In this document: positions 40,717 through 51,082 of the stretch, piece after piece | How the letters are laid out: each line of letters starts with the position of its first letter | Position numbering within the stretch: position 1 is the stretch's first letter | Source: Candidatus Moanibacter sp. | Lineage (GTDB): Bacteria; Verrucomicrobiota; Verrucomicrobiia; Opitutales; UBA2987 | Reading direction: 5' to 3' | NCBI GenBank assembly: GCA_965215885.1 | Contig: CBDCEW010000099.1 | Location: 86,742 to 150,741 of the forward strand | Length of the DNA: 64,000 bases | Notes under the pieces: model-generated | Told to the model about the DNA's origin: nothing | Databases searched by the model: none | The model's input: the letters and a program-made list of their open reading frames with translations, nothing else | Program-made: the position numbers and the translations under genes

Positions 40717-41064
40717 ATGGGACAGCGAATGGTACGGGTGAGTGAGCTGGTCAAACGGGAGATCAGTGAAATTCTGCATACACGATATCAATCGGAGTCG
40801 GTCTATATTACAATTACCGACGTTAGAGTTTCGGCCGATTTGAGGAATGCGCGAGTCTACTATTCCGTTTTGGGCGGCGAGCAGGAATCGAATTCGGCGC
40901 GTACTTTTCTCGCGAGGGAGGTGCGCGAAATACGAAGATTTGTAGGTAAACGCATAGTTTTAAAATACTTGCCCGCCCTCGAATTTGTCTACGATGAGTC
41001 TATGGAGAGAGGCGCGCATCTGAATTTCCTTATCGATCAACTCGGTTTGGACGAAAGTTCGTAA
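40717..41064 (+). CDS. rbfA: Ribosome-binding factor A
   Basis: R..RV.E...REIS, IT.V.VS.DLR.A.VY, LKY.P.L.F..D. Confidence 0.93.
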   Translation: MGQRMVRVSELVKREISEILHTRYQSESVYITITDVRVSADLRNARVYYSVLGGEQESNSARTFLAREVREIRRFVGKRIVLKYLPALEFVYDESMERGAHLNFLIDQLGLDESS

Positions 41065-42059
41065 TGAATCTTTATTATCCGGAATTCCGCGAAGATTTCC
41101 TGGGGGTTGTGGAAAGTCTCAAAGGGGAAAAGGTGGCCATCCTGGGGCATTTGCGTCCGGACGGAGACTGTATTGGATCGCAAATAGCGTTGTGCCGGTG
41201 TCTAAGATCGCTTGGCATTGAAGCAGTAGCGATCGGTCCGGATTCGATACCGCGTGTCCTTCGTGGATTCGTTAAAGATACTCCATTTTTTCTCGCTGGT
41301 GAATTCCAGGGGAAGGACTTGATTTCGGTGAACGTCGACTGCGCGGATGTGGTCAGGGTAGGGAGAGACCTGCAGGATCGATTCGGCAAAACCTTCGCCA
41401 ACATCGACCATCACATATCAAACCACTGTTACGGGGAACACAATTTCGTACATGGCGAGTCCTCCGCTACAGCTGAAATATTGGCGGGTATATTCTTCGA
41501 CTGCAGGTTACCCATAGATCCGATTTCGGCGCAGGCGCTCTATGTTGGTATAGCCACTGACACAGGGCAATTTCGCTTTGCCGCAACCAGCAGTCAGGTA
41601 TTTGATATTTGCCGTCGATTGTCAAAGAGTGGAGCGAATCCGGCTGAGGCCGCGATTGAGCTCTACGAGCAGGAGAGTATTAGTAAATTTCGGCTGCTGC
41701 AGCACTTCCTTGCTTCGCTGCAATTCGAATGTGAAGGCAAGGTTTGTATTGGTATTCTTCGAGACGGCGTCTATGAGGAGACAGGTGCAACGAAGGAGGA
41801 TTCTGAGGGATTGGTGGATTATACAAGAGCGATAAACGGTGTGCAGATCGGTGTGCTGATTGAGGAGCAAAATGGTGCGATAAAAGGGAGTTTTCGCTCC
41901 ATTGATCCCATACACAGAGTGGATCGAATAGCGCACTCTTTTAATGGAGGGGGGCATGCTTGTGCGGCGGGCTTCAATTACAGAGACACTCTCAAGGGTT
42001 TCTTCCCCCTCTTGGTGCAAAAGCTGAAGTTTCATTTCGAGTCGCTACCCTCATCTTGA
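41064..42059 (+). CDS. nrnA: DHH family phosphoesterase (NrnA-like)
   Basis: H.RPDGD..GS, IDHH, GI.TDTG.F, GGGH..AAG. Confidence 0.85.
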   Translation: MNLYYPEFREDFLGVVESLKGEKVAILGHLRPDGDCIGSQIALCRCLRSLGIEAVAIGPDSIPRVLRGFVKDTPFFLAGEFQGKDLISVNVDCADVVRVGRDLQDRFGKTFANIDHHISNHCYGEHNFVHGESSATAEILAGIFFDCRLPIDPISAQALYVGIATDTGQFRFAATSSQVFDICRRLSKSGANPAEAAIELYEQESISKFRLLQHFLASLQFECEGKVCIGILRDGVYEETGATKEDSEGLVDYTRAINGVQIGVLIEEQNGAIKGSFRSIDPIHRVDRIAHSFNGGGHACAAGFNYRDTLKGFFPLLVQKLKFHFESLPSS

Positions 42060-42073
42060 GACCGTGGTCATTC

Positions 42074-42799
42074 ATGGGTTCTTCAGATCAGACTTTCGAA
42101 GGTATTCTACTTGTCGACAAACCTTTCGGAATTACCTCTCACGATGTGGTAAATAGAGTACGGCGTCGTCTGCAGATGAGGCGGGTAGGGCACGCCGGGA
42201 CACTCGATCCGACGGCCACTGGGCTCCTCATTATTCTTGTCGGCAAAGCGACGAAGGTCTCCCAGTACTTGATGAGTTTGGATAAAATATACGAGGGCAC
42301 GTTGAAGCTGGGCCAGTCGACCGAGACGCATGACACAGAAGGTGAAGTTGTAGAAGATAAGGTTGTTCCCGAACTCAGTGTAGAAGAGGTAGGTGCCTGT
42401 TTTGATGAATTTGTGGGAGATCAGTATCAGATTCCACCCATGTTTTCGGCCAAGAAAATTGGCGGTGTACCGCTTTACAAGCTGGCCCGAAGAGGAAAAG
42501 TGGTGGAACGGGAGGCACGTTTTATCCGTGTCTCTTCAATCGAATTGAAAGGAGTCGACTTGCCTTTGGTTGGTTTCCGAATTTCTTGCAGCAAAGGCAC
42601 CTATGTGCGTACTCTGGTCCACGATCTTGGTCAAAGAATCGGTTGCGGTGCGCACCTGGTTACCCTTCGACGCATCGCCATTGAAAGGGTTCATTTGAAG
42701 GATGCGGTTTCCCTGGAAGAGTTTGAAGCATCAACGACCGACCTTATTCAACGGTTGCTTATACCCGCTTATCAGCTGGTTCCGAGTAATGTGCTATGA
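42074..42799 (+). CDS. truB: tRNA pseudouridine(55) synthase
   Basis: [36 protein letters not shown]. Confidence 0.95.
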   Translation: MGSSDQTFEGILLVDKPFGITSHDVVNRVRRRLQMRRVGHAGTLDPTATGLLIILVGKATKVSQYLMSLDKIYEGTLKLGQSTETHDTEGEVVEDKVVPELSVEEVGACFDEFVGDQYQIPPMFSAKKIGGVPLYKLARRGKVVEREARFIRVSSIELKGVDLPLVGFRISCSKGTYVRTLVHDLGQRIGCGAHLVTLRRIAIERVHLKDAVSLEEFEASTTDLIQRLLIPAYQLVPSNVL

Positions 42800-43734
42800 G
42801 GCTTCCCGCAATATGTGACAGCCTGGATGCGGTAGAACTCGGTTCGCGTCCGCTCCATATGGCTGTCGGTATGTTCGATGGTGTGCACCTGGGCCATCGG
42901 ACCGTAATTGAACGGGCTATTCAGTCCGCCAGGGGTAGCCACGGTGTTTCCGGGGTGCTGACGTTTTCCCCTCATCCGAGCAGCATTCTATATCCCGAAA
43001 AGGCTACCCGACTCATCATTCCTCTCGATCAGAAGACTCAGATTCTGATCGATCGCGGGATGGATTTGGTGATTCGGAAAAAGTTCACGCGGGAGTTTGC
43101 TGCCATCGAGGCGGAGGAATTCCCAAAACTATTAAGAGGTGCCCTTCCTACCCTATCGGCGATATATGTCGGGGAGGATTATCACTTCGGACGGGGACGA
43201 AGAGGAGATGTGCGTCTCTTGATCGAGGAGGCTCGGAAGATCGGGATTAGCGTATTCAGTTCGGAGCGTATCAGACACAGCGGAAGGTATATCAGCAGCA
43301 CCAGGATTAGAGAGGATCTGAGAACTGGTCGAATAGAGGAAGTCAATGCTCAGCTGGGATACATATATTTCAGTTCGGGATCTATTCTGAGCGGTCGGCA
43401 GATCGGGCGAAAAATTGGATTTCCAACAATTAATCTGACTTGGATGCCGGAACTGCAGCCTTGTTACGGCGTCTACGCAGTAAGGGTTAGCAGCCAAACC
43501 GACGAGAGCTGGATTGCGGGGGTAGCCAATTATGGCGTTAAGCCAACTGTCACGGGCGAGTCTGAACCGCTCCTCGAAGTGCATCTGCTCGAAGATACCC
43601 GGCTTGTCGCAGGTGATGACGCTATCGTAAAATGGTACAGTTTCCTTCGCCCGGAAGAGAGATTCCCCGATCTCGCGGCGTTGAAGGTACAGATTGAAAA
43701 GGACAAAAAGAAGGCAGCGAACATCCTCGCGTAG
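42796..43734 (+). CDS. ribF: Riboflavin kinase / FAD synthetase
   Basis: [37 protein letters not shown]. Confidence 0.95.
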   Translation: MRLPAICDSLDAVELGSRPLHMAVGMFDGVHLGHRTVIERAIQSARGSHGVSGVLTFSPHPSSILYPEKATRLIIPLDQKTQILIDRGMDLVIRKKFTREFAAIEAEEFPKLLRGALPTLSAIYVGEDYHFGRGRRGDVRLLIEEARKIGISVFSSERIRHSGRYISSTRIREDLRTGRIEEVNAQLGYIYFSSGSILSGRQIGRKIGFPTINLTWMPELQPCYGVYAVRVSSQTDESWIAGVANYGVKPTVTGESEPLLEVHLLEDTRLVAGDDAIVKWYSFLRPEERFPDLAALKVQIEKDKKKAANILA

Positions 43735-43823
43735 GATTGAGAGCCCGCTTTCTTCGAAGGCGGCCCTGCTCTTATCGATTGACCGCGTCCTGTTAATAGT
43801 GAGATCTTCGAAGTAGAACGAGG

Positions 43824-44300
43824 CTACGGGTGATTGTCAGTCTTCTGACTCGAAGTGAATACCCCGTAGACAACGCCGATCAGATTTTCGCGTGTCACTG
43901 GTTCCCGATCGGATCTAGAGTTATTTAACCCCTTTGCCACCCAATTTCGCCCCCTTCTGTAGATCAGCTGATGCACGGTATTCATTCCATTTGAGTTTTT
44001 GTAAGCGACGATCATTCCGGACTTTAGCTGGCTGAATTCAATAGGGGCCATTACCAGAATCGTGTTGGGTCCGTAAATCGGTTCCATCGAGGTGCCGCCC
44101 CCTTGTCCGTAGGTTCCTCCTCTTATACCTGCGCGCAATGTCTTTGCCGCGTGACGCGCTTTCGCCCGATCAACTGTCGAGACGGGACCGGCAGCCTGTT
44201 CGGTTGTTTCGCACGAGAGTGTGAGAGCCGCCGGCGAGGCGAAAATGAGGGTCAGTCTAAGTCGACGCGGACAGGCGCGGATAATGCGGGCGAGAAACAT
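43824..44300 (-). CDS. S26 (signal peptidase-like) domain lipoprotein, paralog 1
   Basis: Lipobox-like LTLSC; GTSMEP, G.IVAY, VHQ, KGLNN...D. Confidence 0.7.
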   Translation of the reverse strand: MFLARIIRACPRRLRLTLIFASPAALTLSCETTEQAAGPVSTVDRAKARHAAKTLRAGIRGGTYGQGGGTSMEPIYGPNTILVMAPIEFSQLKSGMIVAYKNSNGMNTVHQLIYRRGRNWVAKGLNNSRSDREPVTRENLIGVVYGVFTSSQKTDNHP

Positions 44301-44590
44301 TCGCGATTTAAAGGGACGGGCTCCTAGAGAGCAGGGCGGGGAGCTGAGGATTCCAGAAGATTCCATCATTGCTTGTCTGGGATTGTGGTTTCGATCGTTG
44401 CTCGAATGCTGTCGTGGCGCTGCTCCTTAGAGAAATGCCGCCCGGGGGAGGCGACTCGTGTGGATGTACATCGAATCTGTGAACCGAAACTTCAATGCCC
44501 ATGCGGGTTTTCCGGCGCGACTTTTGGTCAATTCGACGGCGGAGATTGCCAGTTAGCGGATTAGAATTCGTTCTCGTTCTCGGAAATTCG

Positions 44591-44667
44591 GGAAGACGAA
44601 AAGCATCCGCTTTCCGCTACAGTCCGAATCGAAATGTGTAGCGGAACGCGGAAGCTTTTCGTCTTCC
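44591..44667. repeat. GTAG REP doublet (REPIN-like), copy 3
   Basis: ggaagacgaaaagcatccgctttccgctac-17nt-gtagcggaacgcggaagcttttcgtcttcc. Confidence 0.85.
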
Positions 44668-44839
44668 ACAAAGTGCTGCGAGTTACGAGTTACTGATTAT
44701 CAAGTGGTTGCGATTCAGAATATATATGACGGTGCGATTCATCTACAGGATTTCATGGAGTCGAAATCCAGAAAAACGGTGAAGGATTTACAGAGATCGG
44801 GGTATCATATCGACCACCCTTCCGAACGATTTATTGGGC

Positions 44840-45346
44840 ATGAGAAAAAAATCCACCAGAAGTCCGATCCGTGTAGGAGCAGTTTTAATGATATTGGCCA
44901 TCAGCGCGGGTGCATGTCTGGGAAGCGGGCAGGAAGGCGCGCTTTCTTTGCCCTATAAGAAAGCGATAAGGGATGCTGAAAAAGTCGCTGAATTGAGTGA
45001 ATCATGGCGTGTCATGCGCGGCGCTGGAAATTCAATGCTACCGCTTTACGGAGAGAATTCCGTGCTCTTAGTAGAGATGACCGATTTCGATTACCTGGGT
45101 GCAGGAATGATTGCCGTATATAGGGATACAAACGGAGATTTGGTCGCCCACCAGGTACGAGGGAGAGCGAGGGATGGTTGGATCACCCAGGGTATTAACA
45201 ATCGTCGCGAAGATCCCAGTCCGGTGACTACCCTGAACTTCGTCGGGACCCTTTTCGGAGTGTTAAATGCCTCGGACGGCGCCTCCTCTTTGTCCGCGTC
45301 AGAGGCGACGAGCAAATATCCCGTAGTTTATGGGAAAGAGTATTAG
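44840..45346 (+). CDS. S26 (signal peptidase-like) domain secreted/lipoprotein, paralog 2
   Basis: Signal peptide; GNSMLP, GMIAVY, AHQ, QGINN...D. Confidence 0.7.
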   Translation: MRKKSTRSPIRVGAVLMILAISAGACLGSGQEGALSLPYKKAIRDAEKVAELSESWRVMRGAGNSMLPLYGENSVLLVEMTDFDYLGAGMIAVYRDTNGDLVAHQVRGRARDGWITQGINNRREDPSPVTTLNFVGTLFGVLNASDGASSLSASEATSKYPVVYGKEY

Positions 45347-45559
45347 GAGCCTTATAGTTCCTATCAATCGGACAATTCCAAGTGATCCGGCTCGACCATT
45401 CGTTTGTCATTGCGAGCGTAGCGCGGCAATCCACGGGTATGAGGCCCCGAAAATCTGGATTGTTTCGTCATTCTTCCTCGCAATGACGAGGTTCGCATGT
45501 TTTTGCAATTGGTTGCGGCAGCGACCTCATTTTATCGTGCTGAGTCCGGCAGGCTCCTA
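45344..45559. mobile_element. TAGGAGCCT...AGGCTCCTA element containing a GTCATTGCGAG palindrome (45406-45487)
   Basis: Terminal IRs start at the stop codon of the upstream gene. Confidence 0.6.
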
Positions 45560-45738
45560 GCCCGGACAATTCACACACTTCGTAGCGAGACGGCGTAGAT
45601 CGCTGCGTGTCAATGCCTTTCCGAAGCACGGCGGGCGACAGTGTGTTAAGACCCTCTGAGGTCGCCGGGCAAGGGAAGGCATTGACACGCAGTGACATCC
45701 GTCGTCGTCGTAGTAGATTTGTGAAATTTTCGGGCTAG
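45557..45738 (-). mobile_element. ~185-bp CTAG-flanked hairpin MITE, copy 1
   Basis: ctagcccggacaattcaca...tgtgaaattttcgggctag; homologous to 45902-46090 and 59160-59341. Confidence 0.85.
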
Positions 45739-45901
45739 CCCGAAAATCTGTATTACAATCCGTCAAACTTAGTTTTCTGAACACGTTTTGTGGTGTAACG
45801 TGCTGGTATTCAATGATGTGGTGTCGACAAGGTCCCGGACAAGGTTACCAGGGTATTCCGAGATGCCTTCCCTGGCTCGGCAAAGCGCAGCGGAGACGGC
45901 T

Positions 45902-46090
45902 CTAGCCCGAACATTTCACAAATCTTCTGCTACGACGACGGATGTCACTGCGTGTCAATGCCTTCCCTTGCCCGGCGACCTCAGAGGGTTCCGACACGCT
46001 GTCGCCCGCCGTGCTGCGGATAGTCACTGATACGCAGTCCCGGCGTGCCGGGACAGTCTCGCTACGAAGTGTGTGAAATGTCCGGGCTAG
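45902..46090 (+). mobile_element. ~185-bp CTAG-flanked hairpin MITE, copy 2 (inverted relative to copy 1)
   Basis: ctagcccgaacatttcaca...tgtgaaatgtccgggctag. Confidence 0.85.
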
Positions 46091-46507
46091 TCCGTGGTCA
46101 ATTCTTCTTCATTTGCGTCTATTCGCGTGGTCTGCCGTACGGAAGGTACGTGTTTAGCATGATCATAAGCTGCCCCGGTCTTGTGCCCATAATTACGAAA
46201 TTGGGTTGGAGAACCCAAAGTAAATGTTATTCAGGCACTTGCAAGATTCTATTGATTACATAGTATGCCAGAATGGAGTTTCAACGATTGTTGTGTGTGG
46301 GTTCGTTAGAGGTAGAGAGCTTTTCCTGCAGGTTTGTTTTCAGTTAGAAACTTGTTGAGTATTAATCAGTTACAAAAGCGCTTTGAACGGGGAGTTGATT
46401 TCTGGTGGCAATTGAGTAGAAGCGAAGGGAGCTGGAGAAAGTTGGTATTGGCATTGTATGTAAAGTAAAGTTTGCAGTTTTGCCTCCTTTCCATACTGTG
46501 CCGGTGC

Positions 46508-47224
46508 ATGCAAGAAGAGCTTTCGCGTAAAGAGAGGGAGGTGGTCGAAGCGGTACGGCGGGATCGGGTAAGCACGGTGTGGAGGCTGATGAAGGAGCAG
46601 AGGGTGTCGCGGCGAACGGTCTATCGGGCTTTGCAAAAATATGGCCATTACTCCAGTTACAATGCCAATTGTGGCTACCTGAGCTTGAAAGACATTCCGC
46701 GCTTTGACGGGGCCGGTTTGTGGCGTTTTCGCAAGGGGCGCTTTTCGCGCCACGGCACCTTGGAGGAGACCGTGGAGGCGGTGGTGGGAGCTTCGCTTTG
46801 CGGCTACACGGTGGCTGAGTTGGAGACCCTCCTTGGGGTACGGGTGCACAACCCCATAAGCGTGCTTTGTAGAAAGAAGCGGTTGAGTCGATACTATGAA
46901 GGGCGTCACTGCGTGTATGTCTCGGCCGGGGAACAGGGCGGGGCCGAACAGAAAAAGCGGCGGCAAGGGCGAAGAACAGCGGCACAAGTTCAGGCAGGGG
47001 ACCCCGGGGGCGCTTTGCAGGCAGCTCCCGAAGGGCTCGAAACGATGGTCGTGATCGCTTTGCTGGTCGCCTGTATCGGCCATCCCGAGGCCGGGGTCAA
47101 GGAGCTTGTCGAGCTTATGCAAGAGCAGGGAGTAGAGCTGAGCGGGGAGCAAATTGAGCGGGTGATGGCGTTTTACTCGCTCAAAAAAAACCGGCCCGAT
47201 CGCGGTAGCGGAGCTGTTACATGA
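46508..47224 (+). CDS. Transposase-associated orfA (predicted HTH/wHTH DNA-binding)
   Basis: 'VSRRTVYRAL' HTH-like segment; ends just after an A8 run upstream of orfB. Confidence 0.65.
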   Translation: MQEELSRKEREVVEAVRRDRVSTVWRLMKEQRVSRRTVYRALQKYGHYSSYNANCGYLSLKDIPRFDGAGLWRFRKGRFSRHGTLEETVEAVVGASLCGYTVAELETLLGVRVHNPISVLCRKKRLSRYYEGRHCVYVSAGEQGGAEQKKRRQGRRTAAQVQAGDPGGALQAAPEGLETMVVIALLVACIGHPEAGVKELVELMQEQGVELSGEQIERVMAFYSLKKNRPDRGSGAVT

Positions 47225-47225
47225 T

Positions 47226-49043
47226 TTGCGGGCAGAGGCTGAACGGGCCCTGCAAACGGTGGGGGCTGTGCCTGCGCAAACGAGTTATCGCTTCGATGCC
47301 CGGGAGGACGAAGAGGGTCCTTCAGAGGTGCGCAAGACCCTGCGCCGCAAGGTGGTCAGTTTCTCCTATGGATGCTTCCAGGCGGTGGAAGTTGTGCGCG
47401 AGCAGGGGCAAGGGAGCCACCGCAACAGCTACCGTTCTGCTCGCCTGGAACAGATCGTGCCCTCGCATAGTCGCTACGCTTACGATCTGATTGCCTATGT
47501 GGGCAAGCGATGTTTGTGCGAAAGCGCCACCCTCAAAGAGGTGCACAGGGAACTGCGCGAGGGCCCGGGGCAGCTGCAGATTGCTCAAAGCAGCCTCTAT
47601 GAGATGCAGCAGAAGTTTCTTTTTTATCTGGGTCGGCTGCACGCCGCGGCCGCTCCGGTGCTTAAAGATTACCTGAGCGCTCGCCCTTGCCTGCGCTGGC
47701 TGGTGGATGGGACCGTGGAACCGCAGACGCCGGTTTTCTTCGCTGTTCAGGAAGCCGACGAAGGGATCCTTTTGGGCAGCTGGAAAATGCCTTCCGAACA
47801 GAGCGAAACGATCAGTGGCTGTTTTGCCCGGGCGGCCCGGGCTTTTGGCCAACCCCACCATGTCTATCATGATTTAAGCGCTCAGATCAGCAAGGCCTGC
47901 GAGAGCGAAACCTTCCAGGCCCCCCATGGCGTCTGCCATTATCATTTCGCCCGCAATGTGGGCGAACAGCTTTATCGAAAACCCCAGCAGATGCTCAACG
48001 GGCGCTTGCGGCAATTGAAGCTCATGGAGCGCATGCGCGCGCAACGCAAACACATCACCGCAAAGCTCCGTGACGCCCTCCGTGAAAAACACGCCCTCGT
48101 CCTGGCCGATTTGCTCACCGCCAAAGCGCTCGCAGTGCCCTTCGATCCCACCCTTGCACGGGAACTGCTCATGGCCCTGCAATTGTGGATTTTGGATTAT
48201 CCCTGCGACGGTCACCGCCAGGGCTTTCCCTTCGATCCTTACCTGCTTTATTGGCATCGGCGGGTCGTGCGCGCCCATGCCGCCCTGGAGCAGTGGCTTG
48301 CCCGCGCTCCTGCCAGTTGCTCTGTTCTGCGAAGCTTCTTTCATCTTTCGACCGGGTTGAAGCAGTATCTGGCTGATGCCCTCGTCATCGAAGCCGCTAC
48401 TATCTATGAAAACGCTTTTTGCATTTTCAGCGCTTTGCGCGATGCCCTTTGGCTCAGCGCCAGCGGCCCCTGCCCTTTAAGCGACCCTTATCTGTTGCAA
48501 GCAGGACAAGCCGCTGAGCTCACCGAGGCTCTCCAGTTGCTGCGTGCCCAATATCGCCAAAAAGGCGCCTCCCTGACCAACCCCTCGAAAGCCAAACTCT
48601 ACCGCACCGTGGTCACTCATCTGGACAAATACTGGCAGCGGCTGCTTCCCCCACCGGCCCATCCAGACAGCGTACGCACGACCAATGAGCTGGAAGGCAC
48701 CTGGCGCACCTCCAAGCGCAAACGCCGTCAAACCCACGGGCGCAAAAATCTGACGCGCGACTTTGAAGCGCTCCCCGAAGAATACATGCTCCTGCCCAAC
48801 TTACACAATCCCCGCTATGTGGAGCTGGTTTTAGGCAGTATCGATAATCTGCCCCAAAAGCTTGCCCAGGCTGCACAGAAAGCACCCCCCTTCAGTCACT
48901 GGCGGGCGAACAGAAAAACCCTCGCCGTGGGTCGATTGCCCAAAAAGCTCCTGCGAAAAGAAAACTTCCTTGAGGAACTCTTCGAAGTCTGTAATCGCCA
49001 GGATCAATCCTTAAACCCGCAACCCCATCGGATTGCCTCCTGA
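47226..49043 (+). CDS. DDE transposase, Mutator/IS256-like
   Basis: VDGT (D1), YHDL (D2), CHYHF (CxxH), RTTNELE (E). Confidence 0.8.
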   Translation: MRAEAERALQTVGAVPAQTSYRFDAREDEEGPSEVRKTLRRKVVSFSYGCFQAVEVVREQGQGSHRNSYRSARLEQIVPSHSRYAYDLIAYVGKRCLCESATLKEVHRELREGPGQLQIAQSSLYEMQQKFLFYLGRLHAAAAPVLKDYLSARPCLRWLVDGTVEPQTPVFFAVQEADEGILLGSWKMPSEQSETISGCFARAARAFGQPHHVYHDLSAQISKACESETFQAPHGVCHYHFARNVGEQLYRKPQQMLNGRLRQLKLMERMRAQRKHITAKLRDALREKHALVLADLLTAKALAVPFDPTLARELLMALQLWILDYPCDGHRQGFPFDPYLLYWHRRVVRAHAALEQWLARAPASCSVLRSFFHLSTGLKQYLADALVIEAATIYENAFCIFSALRDALWLSASGPCPLSDPYLLQAGQAAELTEALQLLRAQYRQKGASLTNPSKAKLYRTVVTHLDKYWQRLLPPPAHPDSVRTTNELEGTWRTSKRKRRQTHGRKNLTRDFEALPEEYMLLPNLHNPRYVELVLGSIDNLPQKLAQAAQKAPPFSHWRANRKTLAVGRLPKKLLRKENFLEELFEVCNRQDQSLNPQPHRIAS

Positions 49044-49094
49044 CAACGACTCCAGTGCCCTCCCTCTGCTCCCCATTTTCTTCATGCTCTAACC

Positions 49095-51013
49095 AGACCC
49101 CATTCGAAAAGCCTTTCGAGCGGACGGTTTCAGGTTTTCCGCCACAGGCGGACCAGCCTATGGCTGGCAGGCGTCGGGTTTCAGGCTGCCGACGCTGCCG
49201 ATGAGCAGGTATTGAGCGGCCATCGGCGTGGCTTGCTGCACAATACGCATATTTGCCGCTGTTTGGAGGCATACTCATCCCGTGGTGCTTTTTTCTCCGA
49301 GCTGCAAAGCGGGCAGATTCAGGCCGCCTGTTCCAGTTCCTCCCGTCGTCGTTTCTTCATCAGTATGATGCGGCAGAAGTTGTAGGCCAGAACCTTCTCG
49401 AGCAGTTCATCGCCTACCGCATCGATGCCGCGGCGGCCGAGTTCGCCAAAGGCAAATCCATCTTTAATCGTGAACATCAGCGACTCCACTGCGGAGCGAT
49501 TGCGGCGTGCCTCGCGATACGCCTCGCTCTCCCGGTCCTCGGGGGTGGTCAACTTCTTGCCCTTCGCCCCACTGATACTGATCTGCTTTACCCCCATGCC
49601 CAGCACCTCCTTGCGCCCCTTCGCCGAAGCATATCCGTCATCGGTGCTGACCAGTTCAGCAATGACACCGGTGCGCTTGATCGAATCGCCGATGGCCGGC
49701 GCCAGCTCAATGGAGTCTGCCGCGTTGCCTTGCGGTACGATCAGGCTGGTGACAAAACCGTTTTCGCTGCGAACCAGTTGTGGCTTGTACCCGATCACTG
49801 GATTGCGGCTGCCCTTCTTGATGTAGGCCGCCGATCCGTCCGACAGGCTCAGGACCTTCTGCGTGGACGGTAGCTTCTTTTCGTGAAACACCCGATCATG
49901 AGCATACTCAACAACCCGCTTGGCGTCGGCAATATCGCGCCTGATCTGGCTCAATACCCGCTTCAGAAGCTCCCGGCGAGTGGGAGGCAGTGAATCCATC
50001 GACAGCCCCTCTTCAAGATGGCTCAGTTCCCCCGTTAGTGAGTCGGCCGCCTTGCGGCCCCGCTTGAGCAACCGCCGGTAGTGTTTCTTCAGCTTGCCCT
50101 TCGACTTCGGTTTGCCCGCGGCCAGACAAATCTGAAACTCCAGCTTGTCCATCTCCTGCAGCCAACGCCCAACCCATCCTTTGCGAAAATCCTCCAGCCC
50201 GAATATATGCAACTTCTGACCCAAACGATTGGCCCGCATCAAAAGACCGGTCAGAATCCTCCCATCGGTGGGCCAGCAGCTGTTTGCTTTCACCGAGGTG
50301 CTGTCGATCGTCAGCTTCCCGAAATCGTCCCATTGCTCCTGGAGGATAAACCCAATCTGTTTATCAAAGATCAGCTCGCGGGTCCTATGGCTGACCAGGT
50401 TCACGTTCTCCAGAATCGTCGTCACCGCCGGCATCCTCAGTCCCCGCCTCTGAAGAAATCCGTACAAGCTCATCGACTCGCGCAGAAACCGCCGTGCCGG
50501 TTTCGTGGTCAACGAACCGAGAAACCCACGAATCATCACGAACACGTATACCGCATAAGCCGGCATCCGCGGCCGGCCTACCGCAAGATTCAATTCAGCA
50601 GCCAGAATATTCTCCTCCTCGATGTCCAGCTCCGGCAGCTCCGCTGTGCGCCCTTCAAAGAACCTTCGATCTTCCAATCGAAGTTTCTTCTTCTCACGCG
50701 CATGGGCGTCCAGATCCTTCTCGATCGCCTCGATGATTTGCGGCGCGAACCCGGCCAATTCTTCAACTTCATCCAGAAAATCACGGAAATCCGTGTCTGG
50801 AACCGGCAGAATGAGGTTGCTAAGGGGCGTCTTATCGCTTTTGTTCTCCTCTGTCGCACATGTTGGCATGTTTAACTCCTTTCTTAATCTTAGGTTGTTA
50901 AACACTAGCATGTTGCGCCACTTTTTATCAAGCAAAAAAATGATTTTTCTCAAGTTTTTCTTGCGCCTTTTGCGCCTCTTTGCGGCCAATCAGTAGCTTT
51001 TCGAATAAGGTCT
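49095..51013 (-). mobile_element. ISNCY-family insertion sequence (~1.9 kb)
   Basis: IRs agaccccattcgaaaagc / revcomp agaccttattcgaaaagc (16/18); no perfect TSD seen. Confidence 0.8.
49319..50869 (-). CDS. ISNCY family transposase
   Basis: GRP.M, IDSTSVKAN..WPTD, K..SL.D....YIKKG, DDGYAS, RSAVES; RBS AAGGAG. Confidence 0.88.
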   Translation of the reverse strand: MPTCATEENKSDKTPLSNLILPVPDTDFRDFLDEVEELAGFAPQIIEAIEKDLDAHAREKKKLRLEDRRFFEGRTAELPELDIEEENILAAELNLAVGRPRMPAYAVYVFVMIRGFLGSLTTKPARRFLRESMSLYGFLQRRGLRMPAVTTILENVNLVSHRTRELIFDKQIGFILQEQWDDFGKLTIDSTSVKANSCWPTDGRILTGLLMRANRLGQKLHIFGLEDFRKGWVGRWLQEMDKLEFQICLAAGKPKSKGKLKKHYRRLLKRGRKAADSLTGELSHLEEGLSMDSLPPTRRELLKRVLSQIRRDIADAKRVVEYAHDRVFHEKKLPSTQKVLSLSDGSAAYIKKGSRNPVIGYKPQLVRSENGFVTSLIVPQGNAADSIELAPAIGDSIKRTGVIAELVSTDDGYASAKGRKEVLGMGVKQISISGAKGKKLTTPEDRESEAYREARRNRSAVESLMFTIKDGFAFGELGRRGIDAVGDELLEKVLAYNFCRIILMKKRRREELEQAA

Positions 51014-51082
51014 AACTAGAGAACTCCACGCAATTTGCGTGCCAACCGAAATTCAGAACGATGGCCCGATAGGCGGAGGCTA

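Larger units (their letters stand above)
46263..49094 (+). mobile_element. Large two-ORF Mutator/IS256-like IS; ends uncertain
   Basis: orfA + DDE orfB; composition shift near gtatgccagaatggagtt (46263); right side abuts the ISNCY IR. Confidence 0.6.

Noticed and set aside
45468..46263. Small ORFs in the MITE cluster
   Set aside because: Open frames within repeats; similar peptides recur at 59005-59341 only because the repeat does.
46362..47152. Antisense ORFs over orfA
   Set aside because: Shadows of the G-rich orfA; no recognisable domain.
47183..47191. Classical -1 frameshift at A AAA AAC
   Set aside because: Coordinates show orfB is in the +1 (-2) frame, so a -1 shift would not fuse the ORFs.
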